43,104 bases of DNA. Origin: Candidatus Methylomirabilota bacterium. Lineage in GTDB: Bacteria > Eisenbacteria > RBG-16-71-46. Of this stretch, positions 8,837-17,441 are shown piece by piece (the first letter of the stretch is position 1; each line of letters opens with the position of its first letter). The stretch lies in contig DATNFC010000017.1 in the NCBI GenBank assembly GCA_035606545.1, forward strand, positions 1 to 43,104, in the 5' to 3' direction. The notes beneath the pieces were generated by a model that made no database searches, was not told the origin of the DNA, and saw nothing but the letters and a program-made list of their open reading frames with translations. Both the position numbers and the translations under genes were made by a program.

Positions 8837-9753
8837 AGGTCCTGCTGACCGGGGCTGGCGGTTTCGTCGGCTCGCACGTGGCCACCGAACTGCTCGCGCG
8901 CGGGCACGAGGTGCGCGCCGTGCGTCGCCCGGGCAAGCCGAGCGAGGCGTTCGCGGGAATCGCCCATCGGGTCGAGTCGGTGGAGCTCGACCTGTTCGCC
9001 GCCGACGCCGCGCGCCTGGACGCGTTGGCGCGCGGCGGGGACCTGTGCATTCACCTCGCCTGGTACGCCGTTCCGGGCAAGTACCTCGCGGCCCCGGAGA
9101 ACGTGGAGTGCGTGTCGGGCAGCCTGCGCCTGTTGCGGGCCCTGGCCCGGAACGGCTGCCGACGCGCCGTGTTCGTGGGCTCGTGCTTCGAGTACGAGTT
9201 CCTCCCCGAGCCGCTCCGCGAGGACGGTCCCGTGCAGCCGCAGAGCCTGTACGCCGCGTCCAAGCTCGCGACCCGGCTCATGGGCGAGCCGCTGGCGCGG
9301 ATCGATGGCATCGAGTTCGCGTGGGCGCGCTTGTTCTACCTGTTCGGTCCGTTCGAAGACCGGCGCCGGCTGGTGCCCTACGTCATCGACACGCTGCTGC
9401 GTGGTGAGCCGGTGGATGTCACCCAGGGCACCCAGGTGCGGGACTTCCTCCACGTGGCGGATGTCGCATCGGCACTCGTGGCGATCGCACTCAGCAAGGC
9501 GACGGGCGTGGTGAACGTGGGCTCGGGGCAACCGGTCACGGTCCGGCAGGTGGTGAGCACACTGGACTCGTTGATCGGTCGACCCGGGCTCGTGCGCTTC
9601 GGGGCCCGGCCCGACAACCCGACGGACCCGCCCCATGTCTCCGCGGACAATCGCAAGCTGGTCGAGGCCACCGGATGGTCGCCCGCCCACGATCTGGAGA
9701 GCGGGCTCAAGCACACGATCGAATGGTCCCGGGCGCATCTCGTGGCGCGATGA
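8833..9753 (+). CDS. NAD(P)-dependent epimerase/reductase (extended SDR), probable NDP-4-keto-sugar reductase
   Basis: VKVLLTGAGGFVGSHVATELLARGHEV (GxxGxxG) and YAASK (YxxxK). GTG 8833 overlaps the rfbC TGA (GTGA). Confidence 0.85.
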   Translation: MKVLLTGAGGFVGSHVATELLARGHEVRAVRRPGKPSEAFAGIAHRVESVELDLFAADAARLDALARGGDLCIHLAWYAVPGKYLAAPENVECVSGSLRLLRALARNGCRRAVFVGSCFEYEFLPEPLREDGPVQPQSLYAASKLATRLMGEPLARIDGIEFAWARLFYLFGPFEDRRRLVPYVIDTLLRGEPVDVTQGTQVRDFLHVADVASALVAIALSKATGVVNVGSGQPVTVRQVVSTLDSLIGRPGLVRFGARPDNPTDPPHVSADNRKLVEATGWSPAHDLESGLKHTIEWSRAHLVAR

Positions 9754-10823
9754 CGCCGGCCCAGCCACCGCGCATCGGTTACTCGACACTCCGCGACGAC
9801 CCCACCGGCCCGGGCGATCGGAGGCGCTTCTGCCGCTATGCCGCCCAGCGTGGGCTGGCATGGGAGATCGCGCGTCCCGACCGGGCGTACGACATCGTGG
9901 TCTCGAGCGTGGGCGGCGACCTGAGCTCGTGGCGCCGGCTGCCGCGGGCGACCAAGTTCGTGTTCGACATGGTGGATTCCTACCTGACGGCGCCCGGGGC
10001 CGACCCGCGCGCCCCGTTGCGCGGGCTGTTCAAGTTCCTCACCGGGCACACGCGTCATCTCCATCTCGACTTCCGCCAGCTCATCATCGACTGCCTGCGA
10101 CGCGCCGACAGCGTGATCTGCAGCACCGAGGAGCAGCGCGAGAGCATCCGTCCCTACTGCGCGAACGTCCACGAGATCCTGGACATCCAGAGCGAAGCCG
10201 TGCGGCACGTGAAGCGGGACTACGCGCGGGGCGAGCGATTCCAACTCGTGTGGGAGGGTCTGGCGCTCAACCTGCACACGTTCCGCGCCATCGCGGCGCC
10301 GCTCCGCTCCCTCGCCGCGCGGCACCCGATCGCGTTGCACCTGGTCACCGACCTCGAATGCCCGCGCGGCTCCACGTACCTGTGGAAGCGGCCCACGCGC
10401 GACGTCGTGCGCGAAGTGATCGGCATGGATCATGTCTTCGTGCACGAGTGGAGCGTCGACCGGGTGTCTGCCGTTGCCATGGAATGCGACCTGGCCGTGA
10501 TCCCGATCCCGCTCGATGTCCCGTTCCTTCGCGGCAAGCCGGAGAACAAGCTGGTGTTGTTCTGGCGCATGGGCATGCCGGTCGTGACCTCGGCCACGCC
10601 CGCCTACGAGCGCGCGATGCGCGCCGCCGGGCTGAGCCTGACGTGCCGGACCGAGGACGAGTGGCTCACGACGCTCGAACGCCTCATGCTCGACGAGAAC
10701 CCGAGACGCGAGGCTGGACGCCTGGGAGCGGCGCACGCGGAGGCCGCGTACAGCGAGTCGGGCCTGCTCGCCAAGTGGGACGACGTGTTCCGGTCGGTGG
10801 GGCTGAGCCCACGAGCTCAGTAG
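9750..10823 (+). CDS. Hypothetical protein, divergent GT-B-fold glycosyltransferase-like
   Basis: ATG 9750 overlaps the upstream TGA (ATGA). The C-terminal half, CDLAVIPIPLDVPFLRGKPENKLVLFWRMGMPVVTSATPAYERAM, resembles a GT-B donor-binding domain. I see no clear E-x7-E. Confidence 0.7.
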   Translation: MTPAQPPRIGYSTLRDDPTGPGDRRRFCRYAAQRGLAWEIARPDRAYDIVVSSVGGDLSSWRRLPRATKFVFDMVDSYLTAPGADPRAPLRGLFKFLTGHTRHLHLDFRQLIIDCLRRADSVICSTEEQRESIRPYCANVHEILDIQSEAVRHVKRDYARGERFQLVWEGLALNLHTFRAIAAPLRSLAARHPIALHLVTDLECPRGSTYLWKRPTRDVVREVIGMDHVFVHEWSVDRVSAVAMECDLAVIPIPLDVPFLRGKPENKLVLFWRMGMPVVTSATPAYERAMRAAGLSLTCRTEDEWLTTLERLMLDENPRREAGRLGAAHAEAAYSESGLLAKWDDVFRSVGLSPRAQ

Positions 10824-12331
10824 CGGGGATCGAGCGCGGCTCTCAAGGCGCGACGCTCTTCCGCGAGGCCCGGCCCGGCCGCCCAGATCGCGAACGGCAC
10901 CAGCACGGCGGCAAGGATCGCGAGTCGGATCGGAAGACCCAGCGACCGGATCGCGAACGCCCCGCCCAGAACCGCGAGCGTTCCGAGCGCGGGCAGGGCC
11001 GCCCGCCGGATCACCGCACGGCCATCCGGCATCGACGGGGCAGCCATGATCATGAGCACGATCAGGTCCACGAGTGCCCTGACCGACCAGACGAGCGCCG
11101 CTCCCGCCGTCCCCGCCCAACGGACTCCCCACCACAGGCCGAGCAGGAACAACGGCATCTCGGCGATGAGCAGCACGCCCACCTTGCGCGGCTGGCCGAC
11201 GGCCTGGATGAGGGCTGATGGAATGAACGAGAGCCCGGTGAAGAACGCGCCGACGGCCAGGAGCTGCATCACGGTCTGCCCGTTCTGCCGGAACGCGGCT
11301 CCGAGCCAGATACCCAGGATGTCCCCGCCGACCACGATCAGGATCATCGTCAGCGGAAACAGCGCGCAGTAGACCTGGCTGAGCCCACGCCGGAACAGCA
11401 TCTGCAGGCGGTCCGGATGCGCCCGCGTGCTCGTCGCGAACGCGGGAAAGAGGACGCTCACCAATGTCCCCGGCAGGATCCACAGCTTGGTGGCGATCTC
11501 CTGCGGCGGCACGTAGAACGCGATCGCACCGACCGATGTCAACGCGCCGATCAGCAGGCGGTCGAGCGAGACGAACAGCGGCATGATGAGGTTGATCACC
11601 GCGAGCCATCCGCCGCTCCTGAGCAGCGAAGCCGCCACCGCGGAGACCCAGCGGAACCGCCCGCGCAGCTCGGGCATCACCGCGACGCAGACCAGCAGGT
11701 GGGCGAACGTGCCCACGAATCGGACCGCCACCAGCGTGCTCACGATCGCCGCAAGCCCGTGCGTGAACGGCAGCACCGCCATGGGCAGGACGAACGACAG
11801 CAGGCTCATGGGGATGCGGATGAGGTTCAGCGCCTTGAAGCGCTGGTAGGCCGCGAGCACGCCGCCCAAGCCGGCGGTCACCAGGACCGCCGGCAGCGAC
11901 ATGGCCAGCAGGTAGAACGCCCCGCGCGTGTCCTGCTCCAGCGCCACCGGAACGTGAAGCGCGTGCTGGACCACCCACGGCGTGGCGATCCCGAGGACCA
12001 GCGCTCCGAGCACGCCCAGCGCGAGCAGCATGATGAGCGCCGTTCCCACGAGGCCCGGCAGCTCCGCCGTGTCCCCGCCGCCGAGACCCTCCGCGACCAC
12101 GCGCGTGAGCGCACGACCGAGGCCGAAGTCGAACAGGGTGAAGTAGCCGATCACGGTCCACGCGAGTGTCAGCACGCCGAATGCCTCGGTGCCGAGCGCG
12201 TGCAGGAGGATGGGCACCGCCACCGCGGCCGCGACCATGGGGATCGCCTGACCGAGGAGGCTCCAGAGCGTGTTGCGCGCGAGCAGCCCCCGGCCCGTCA
12301 GTGCGCCGGCTGAGGGCCTCTGCGGGCTCAT
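10817..12331 (-). CDS. wzx: Polysaccharide flippase, MOP superfamily (Wzx-like)
   Basis: About 12-14 hydrophobic segments. The N-terminus LLARNTLWSLLGQAIPMVAAAVAVPILLHALGTEAFGVLTLAWTVIGYF is typical of Wzx/polysaccharide biosynthesis proteins. ATG 12331 overlaps the stop of the upstream GT (ATGA). The 3' end overlaps the convergent gene by 7 nt. Confidence 0.85.
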   Translation of the reverse strand: MSPQRPSAGALTGRGLLARNTLWSLLGQAIPMVAAAVAVPILLHALGTEAFGVLTLAWTVIGYFTLFDFGLGRALTRVVAEGLGGGDTAELPGLVGTALIMLLALGVLGALVLGIATPWVVQHALHVPVALEQDTRGAFYLLAMSLPAVLVTAGLGGVLAAYQRFKALNLIRIPMSLLSFVLPMAVLPFTHGLAAIVSTLVAVRFVGTFAHLLVCVAVMPELRGRFRWVSAVAASLLRSGGWLAVINLIMPLFVSLDRLLIGALTSVGAIAFYVPPQEIATKLWILPGTLVSVLFPAFATSTRAHPDRLQMLFRRGLSQVYCALFPLTMILIVVGGDILGIWLGAAFRQNGQTVMQLLAVGAFFTGLSFIPSALIQAVGQPRKVGVLLIAEMPLFLLGLWWGVRWAGTAGAALVWSVRALVDLIVLMIMAAPSMPDGRAVIRRAALPALGTLAVLGGAFAIRSLGLPIRLAILAAVLVPFAIWAAGPGLAEERRALRAALDPRY

Positions 12332-13578
12332 CGAAGATCCCGTCTCGCCGCGGTGCCACGCACGGTCGGACTCACGGGCGCGCGCGCATGCACGAGCTCC
12401 CCGTAGACGTCGTCCATGCTCGCGACGATCGAGGGCCACGAGTACCGCGAACGGACCGACTCCACGCCCTGGGCACCCAGCACGCTTCTTCGCGCAGGGT
12501 CGCGAAGCAACGCCTCGAGACGCGCGGCCAGGCCGTCCGGGTCTGCAGGCACGAGCAACACCGGGTCGATGGGCCGGAGGATCTCGGGGCTGGCGCCGCT
12601 GTCGGTCGCGAGCACGGGCGTGCCGGAGGCGAGGCCCTCGATCGTCGAGATCCCGAAGCCCTCCATCGAGCGCGACGGGACCGCGATCAGGTCCGCGGCA
12701 CGGAGCAGCTCGGGCAGATCGGCATCCGGAACACGACCGAGGAAGAGCACGCGCTCATCGAGACCCAGCTCGCTGCGGAGCGCCTCGAGCGCCTGCCGCT
12801 CCGGTCCTGCGCCGCCGATGGCCACGACGAACGGGAGGCCGCGGGCGGCCAGCTTCGCGGCGGCGCGGATCAGGATGTCGATCCCCATCCGCCGCACCAG
12901 CCGGCGCACGCTGACGATCAGGAACCCCTCCTGCGGGACGCTGAGGTGCTGCCGCGCGGCGATGCGGTCCCCCGGCGCGAACCGCGTCAAGTCCAGGCCC
13001 GGCGGGATGATGCGCACCTTCCCGCGCGCGCCCGGCTCGATCGCCTCGACCTGACCGAGGACGAACTGCGTGTGCACGACGACGCGCTCGGCGCGCTGCA
13101 GGCACTGGCGATCCAGCAGCCCGATCGCCCCCGACTTGAGCCGGTCGCCGAGCCCGAGGGGTCGATGCTCTCCCGCGGGAGCGCCGTCCAGTCGTTCGGC
13201 CTCGAACTCGAGGCGATACGCGGCGTGAAAGCTCAGCACCCGCCGCGCGGGAAACGATCCGTTCAAGGCCGGGACGGCGCTCGCGATCTGGTGGGCGTGG
13301 ATGATGTCGAACCGCTCCCCGGCCAGCTCGCGCAGCGCCCGCGCGACGCCCTCGCGAACGGCGAGGAAGAATCGCAGCCCGCGCGCCTTCGCCAGCGGGT
13401 AGCGGCGGATCCGGAAGCCATCGAGCCGCTCCTCGACGGGGAATCCGCCGGTGTCCCCGGCCAGCACCGTCACCTCGTGGCCCGATGCGGCCTGCGCGCG
13501 AGCCATCCCGTGGATGAAGCGTTCCGCGCCCCCGAACACGTCCGGGAACACGAACGTCGCCACGTGGAGGATCCTCAC
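12328..13578 (-). CDS. Glycosyltransferase family 4
   Basis: VRILHVATFVFPDVFGGAERFIHGMA. C-terminal block ADLIAVPSRSMEGFGISTIEGLASGTPVLATDSGASPEIL. GTG 13578 overlaps the upstream TGA (GTGA). The 115-codon upstream extension in the ORF track is Arg/Ala-rich and lies inside the preceding gene. Confidence 0.88.
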   Translation of the reverse strand: MRILHVATFVFPDVFGGAERFIHGMARAQAASGHEVTVLAGDTGGFPVEERLDGFRIRRYPLAKARGLRFFLAVREGVARALRELAGERFDIIHAHQIASAVPALNGSFPARRVLSFHAAYRLEFEAERLDGAPAGEHRPLGLGDRLKSGAIGLLDRQCLQRAERVVVHTQFVLGQVEAIEPGARGKVRIIPPGLDLTRFAPGDRIAARQHLSVPQEGFLIVSVRRLVRRMGIDILIRAAAKLAARGLPFVVAIGGAGPERQALEALRSELGLDERVLFLGRVPDADLPELLRAADLIAVPSRSMEGFGISTIEGLASGTPVLATDSGASPEILRPIDPVLLVPADPDGLAARLEALLRDPARRSVLGAQGVESVRSRYSWPSIVASMDDVYGELVHARAPVSPTVRGTAARRDLR

Positions 13579-16500
13579 GGCACCTGCCCGAGCTTGACCA
13601 GCGCGGCCGCGAGCTCCTGCGCGCCGGGCGACGCCGCGAGCCCGCGGCGGAGCGCGGCGACGGTGGCGTCCTTGTCGCCGGCCTGGAGGTGCACCTGCGC
13701 CTCGAACAGGTAGGCGCGCGCGTTGCCCGGCACGAGCTTCTGCGCGGCCGTGAACGCCGCGAGCGCGCCCGCGGGATCCTGCTTCGCGAGCGCCAGCATG
13801 CCCGCCATCATCTCGGCGTCGCTCCGCACCTGCACGTCGCTCGACCGGCGTGCGCGCTCGATCGCCGCGGCCGAGCCCGGGAGGTCGCCGTCCACGCGCC
13901 GCCGCTCGGCGAGCACCACCCACGCCCGCGCGTTCTCCGGGTCGAACTCCACCGCGCGCTCGAGCGCGGCGCGCGCCTCGGCCTTCAGGCCCTGTCCCAG
14001 CAGTCGAGTGGCCTCGTCGAACGCGGCGCGGCTCCTCGCCCGCGCGGCGCTCGTGGCGATGAGCGCTTCGAGCGCGGCAGCCTCTCCCGGCACGGCGTCG
14101 CGCGCCGCCAGCACGGTGCGCGCAGCATGCGCCGAGTCGTCCTGCTCGAGCAGCCAGCGCGCACGCGCGCCGTACCAGTCGGCGGTCGGCCAGGCCGCGA
14201 ACAACGGTCCCGGTGGCTCTGACGCCACGAACGGCAGCCGCCCGACCACGCCCGGGTGGCCGCTCAACTGCGCGCGGCCCACGTCCACGAGATCCTGCGG
14301 CGCGCGGTACTCCACCACCGGCCGGTCATCGCGGTTGAGCGGCGCGTTGCCGGCGATCGCCTGGAGCGAATCGAGCGGTGCCGCCCAGTACGCCGCGATC
14401 ATCGCCGGGTCCGGGATGCGCGCGCGGTCCAGCGCCTCGCGCGCCGCGGGGGTCCGGAGCCGCGGGAGGTCGAGCGTGCGGCCGGGCGGCGCCGCGACGA
14501 GCAGCAGGTCCACGTTACGCCACACGCAGAACACCTGGCCCTGCGGGAACACGTCGAGGAACGAGTGCAGCAGCGTCGCGAACGTCTCCGGCGACAGCTC
14601 GTAGAGCTGGAGCCACTGGCAGAACACGCCATCGGGCTCGAGCCGCGCGCGCACACGGCGGTAGAAGTCCACGGTGAAGAGGTTGTTGACGCCCGCGATC
14701 CAGGGGTTCGAAGGCTCGGAGACGATGAGCCCGTAGCGGCCCGTTCCGTACAGCAGATGGGTGCGCGCATCGCCCAGGATGAGTCGCGTGCGTGGGTCAT
14801 CCAAAGGGTCCTCCCCTTTCGCGTGGAACCAGCGCGAGGCGGCGATGACGCCGGGCTCGAGCTCGACGACGTCGGTACTGCCCGCGCCGCCCGCGAGCAC
14901 GCTCGCCGTGGTGACGCCCGAGCCGTGGCCGATCACCAGCGCGCGCGCGCCGGAGTCGGCGAGCACCGCGGGCAGGAGCCCGAGCAGCACCTGCGTCTCC
15001 ATGTCGAGCGTGCTCGCGTCCACCTTGCCGCCGACGCGCAGCCACAGCTCGCGGTTCTCGGCGTCGGTGCAGAGGATGACCGAGGCGTTGATGCCCTCGT
15101 GGTAGTAGAGCACGCGATCATTGGAAGTGGCGCGGCGCACGGCGTCCGCCGCGCCGCCGGCGAACGCGTTCACCTTCACCGCCTGCGACGGTCGGTAGAC
15201 GCCGGACGTCATCAGCGTGGGCTCCCACGCCGGCGCGATCACCACGAACAGCACGGTCGCGAACGCCGCGAGCCCGCCGATCATGAGCGGCATGCCCTTC
15301 AACTCGCGGCGGCGCCACGCCGTCAGCAGCGCGATCACGCCGATCACGCCCGCGAGCGCCACGCCGGTCACGTGCGTGCCCTGGATGCCGAGCGAGGGCA
15401 CGAGCACGAAGCCCGCGACCAGCGAGCCCGCGATCGTGCCGGCGGTGTTGACGGCGTAGGCCAGGCCCGCGGCGTGGCCGCCGTCGCGGCTCTGGAGCAG
15501 GCGCGTCGCGACCGGGAAGATCGCGCCCAGCAGCACGCACGGCGCGCCGATCATCAGCGCCACGGTGCCCACCTCGGCGAGCAACAGTCCGCGCCAGTCG
15601 GCGCCGGCGCTCGTGCCCATGTCGAGCATGCGCTGCGGTAGCCCCGGGAACGCCTGGATCGCGAGCGCCGCGGTGGCGGCGAGCACGAGCTGGAGCGCGC
15701 CGAAGCCGGCGAGCGTGCCGACGCGCGCGATGCGCGCGCCCACGAGTGCCGCACCCACCGCGATCCCGAGCAGGTAGATGCCGAGCACCGCGGAGAACGA
15801 ATAGACCGACGAGCCGAACACGAGACCGAAGAGCCGCACCCACGCCATCTGGAACGCGAGCGCGCCGAATCCCGAGAGCGCGAACAATGCGGCCATGATG
15901 CGGCGCGTGGCGGGGTCGAGCGGCGCGGGTGCGGGCGTCGCGGCGGGCGTTTCCGCCGCGGCGACGCCTGCGGCCGGCGAGCCGCGTCCCGCGCTCCACG
16001 CCACCGCCGCCACGCCGGCGTTGAGCGCAGCGGCGACGAACGTGGTGGCGGCGAGCCCTACACCCGGCAATAGTACGAAGCCCGCGGCGAGCGAGCCCGC
16101 GACCGCGCCCAACGTGTTGAGCGCGTAGAGCCGGGCCAGCCCCGCCCCGACCCGGTCGCGCTCGACGTGTGCCACCAGCACCGGCAGCGTGGCGCCCATC
16201 AGCGCCGCGGGCGGCAGCAGCGCCAGCATCACCAGCACGAGCCGCGCGCTCGCGAACGCCACGCCCTCGCCGCCGAAGCTGCGGTACAGCTGCCCGATCA
16301 GCGGATCGCTCGCGCGTAGCGCCGGCAGGATCAGGAGCCCGATGAGCCCCACGCCCAGCTCGAGCGCCGCGTAGGTACGAGCCCCATTCCCCCGCCGTGC
16401 GAGCGGCACGCCGAGCAGCCGCGCGCCGAGTGCGAGGCCCAGCAGGAACGACGCCACCACCGCGGCCACGGCGTGAAGCGAGCCACCGAGCAGGTAGGCC

Positions 16501-16607
16501 AGCTCCTTGGACCACACGATCTCGTAGAGCAGGCCCGCGGCGCCCGAGAAGAAGAAGCACAACGTCGCCCAGGCCGGCAGCGTCGACGCGCGTGGGGATG
16601 TTGCCAT
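13575..16607 (-). CDS. Fused polytopic membrane domain / spermidine-synthase-like (class I MTase fold) domain / C-terminal TPR repeats
   Basis: The N-terminal ~480 aa has many TM helices (AWATLCFFFSGAAGLLYEIVWSKEL...). The central region, VLYYHEGINASV...ALVIGHGSGVTTASVL...VVELEPGV...LIVSEPSNPW...FCQWLQLYE, matches the fused MFS/spermidine synthase family pattern. The C-terminus has TPR-like repeats (AEARAALERAVEFDPENARAWVVLAE, AQKLVPGNARAYLFEAQVHLQAGD). ATG 16607 shares 1 nt with the upstream TGA. Confidence 0.85.
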   Translation of the reverse strand: MATSPRASTLPAWATLCFFFSGAAGLLYEIVWSKELAYLLGGSLHAVAAVVASFLLGLALGARLLGVPLARRGNGARTYAALELGVGLIGLLILPALRASDPLIGQLYRSFGGEGVAFASARLVLVMLALLPPAALMGATLPVLVAHVERDRVGAGLARLYALNTLGAVAGSLAAGFVLLPGVGLAATTFVAAALNAGVAAVAWSAGRGSPAAGVAAAETPAATPAPAPLDPATRRIMAALFALSGFGALAFQMAWVRLFGLVFGSSVYSFSAVLGIYLLGIAVGAALVGARIARVGTLAGFGALQLVLAATAALAIQAFPGLPQRMLDMGTSAGADWRGLLLAEVGTVALMIGAPCVLLGAIFPVATRLLQSRDGGHAAGLAYAVNTAGTIAGSLVAGFVLVPSLGIQGTHVTGVALAGVIGVIALLTAWRRRELKGMPLMIGGLAAFATVLFVVIAPAWEPTLMTSGVYRPSQAVKVNAFAGGAADAVRRATSNDRVLYYHEGINASVILCTDAENRELWLRVGGKVDASTLDMETQVLLGLLPAVLADSGARALVIGHGSGVTTASVLAGGAGSTDVVELEPGVIAASRWFHAKGEDPLDDPRTRLILGDARTHLLYGTGRYGLIVSEPSNPWIAGVNNLFTVDFYRRVRARLEPDGVFCQWLQLYELSPETFATLLHSFLDVFPQGQVFCVWRNVDLLLVAAPPGRTLDLPRLRTPAAREALDRARIPDPAMIAAYWAAPLDSLQAIAGNAPLNRDDRPVVEYRAPQDLVDVGRAQLSGHPGVVGRLPFVASEPPGPLFAAWPTADWYGARARWLLEQDDSAHAARTVLAARDAVPGEAAALEALIATSAARARSRAAFDEATRLLGQGLKAEARAALERAVEFDPENARAWVVLAERRRVDGDLPGSAAAIERARRSSDVQVRSDAEMMAGMLALAKQDPAGALAAFTAAQKLVPGNARAYLFEAQVHLQAGDKDATVAALRRGLAASPGAQELAAALVKLGQVP

Positions 16608-17302
16608 CACACCTTCCGGAACACCGCCGAGCCCCAGGTGTCGGGCAGCTCGATCACGCGCTCGGTCCTGCCCGCGAGGAACTCGGTGAGCGCCCGCCGG
16701 CAGGCGCCATTCGACTCGGGGTTGTTGAAGTCGTGGACGAAGCAATAACCGCCGCTCGCGAGCCGCGGGTAGAAGAATTCCAAGCCCGCGAGGGTGGGTG
16801 CAAAGACGTCGAGGTCGAGCAGCACGAACGCGAACGTGCGCTCCTCGAGCCCCGCGGTCGTGGCCGGGAAATAGCCGGCGTGGATGATCGCGTTCGCGCC
16901 GGCGCCCACCGCCTGCTTCACCGTCGCCTCGCTCGTGGCCTGGAAGCGCGCATCGTTCGCATTCTCCGGCTCGCGGTCGTGCGCGGCGAAGCCCGTGAAC
17001 GTGTCGAACAGGTGGAGCGTGCGCTCGGGCGCGCAGGCGGCGAGGAACCGACTCGTGGCCCCGCGGTAGACGCCCACCTCGGCGAAATCGCCCTGGATCC
17101 CGTCCTGCTGCAGCGTGCGCACGGCGAGCGCCAGGCTCGCGTAGCGTGCCGGGTCACCGGAATCCCTTACCAACTTCGCGATCTCGCCGCCGTAGGTCGG
17201 GAAGCGCAGCGTCTCGCGATCGGGGAACAGTCGCCGCCGCACGTGACGCCCGGCCACGAGCAGGCCCATGCGGTCGAGCCACAGCGCCACGCGCGAGCTC
17301 AC
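16607..17302 (-). CDS. TylF/MycF-family (macrocin-type) SAM-dependent O-methyltransferase
   Basis: GDFAEVGVYRGATSRFL (SAM motif I) and VLLDLDVFAPTLAGLEFFYPRLASGGYCFVHDFN match the TylF-family metal/SAM-binding blocks. Confidence 0.85.
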   Translation of the reverse strand: MSSRVALWLDRMGLLVAGRHVRRRLFPDRETLRFPTYGGEIAKLVRDSGDPARYASLALAVRTLQQDGIQGDFAEVGVYRGATSRFLAACAPERTLHLFDTFTGFAAHDREPENANDARFQATSEATVKQAVGAGANAIIHAGYFPATTAGLEERTFAFVLLDLDVFAPTLAGLEFFYPRLASGGYCFVHDFNNPESNGACRRALTEFLAGRTERVIELPDTWGSAVFRKV

Positions 17303-17441
17303 GCCGGCCTCGTCGTGCGGGCCGCGAGGGCCTGTTCGCCCGGGGCGGGGAGTGGGTGTCGCGGCCGGCGGCCGGTGAATGGAGGGCTGGGCACGGGGCG
17401 GCCACGATAGAGGCGCGTGGTCGATTCCGCTACCGCGCGCG

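Noticed and set aside
13579-13923. N-terminal extensions offered by the longest-ORF track: 12328-13923, 21017-22342, 33583-34884, 34305-35504, 35309-36475, 10817-12439, 13575-16745, 834-980, 8596-8832, 7877-8305 and 9675-9749
   Set aside because: The extensions lie inside the preceding gene, are Arg/Ala-rich and precede the conserved N-termini. An in-frame ATG or GTG forming a 1-4 nt overlap with the upstream stop gives proteins of canonical length.
17430-17436. ops-like heptamer GCGGTAG (minus strand), just downstream of the AAA+ stop and upstream of the TylF/spermidine-synthase-like/GT4/wzx operon
   Set aside because: It matches only 7 of 8 positions of the enterobacterial ops element. A GC-rich 7-mer is expected by chance several times in 86 kb of two-strand sequence. 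RfaH/ops is not established outside proteobacteria.
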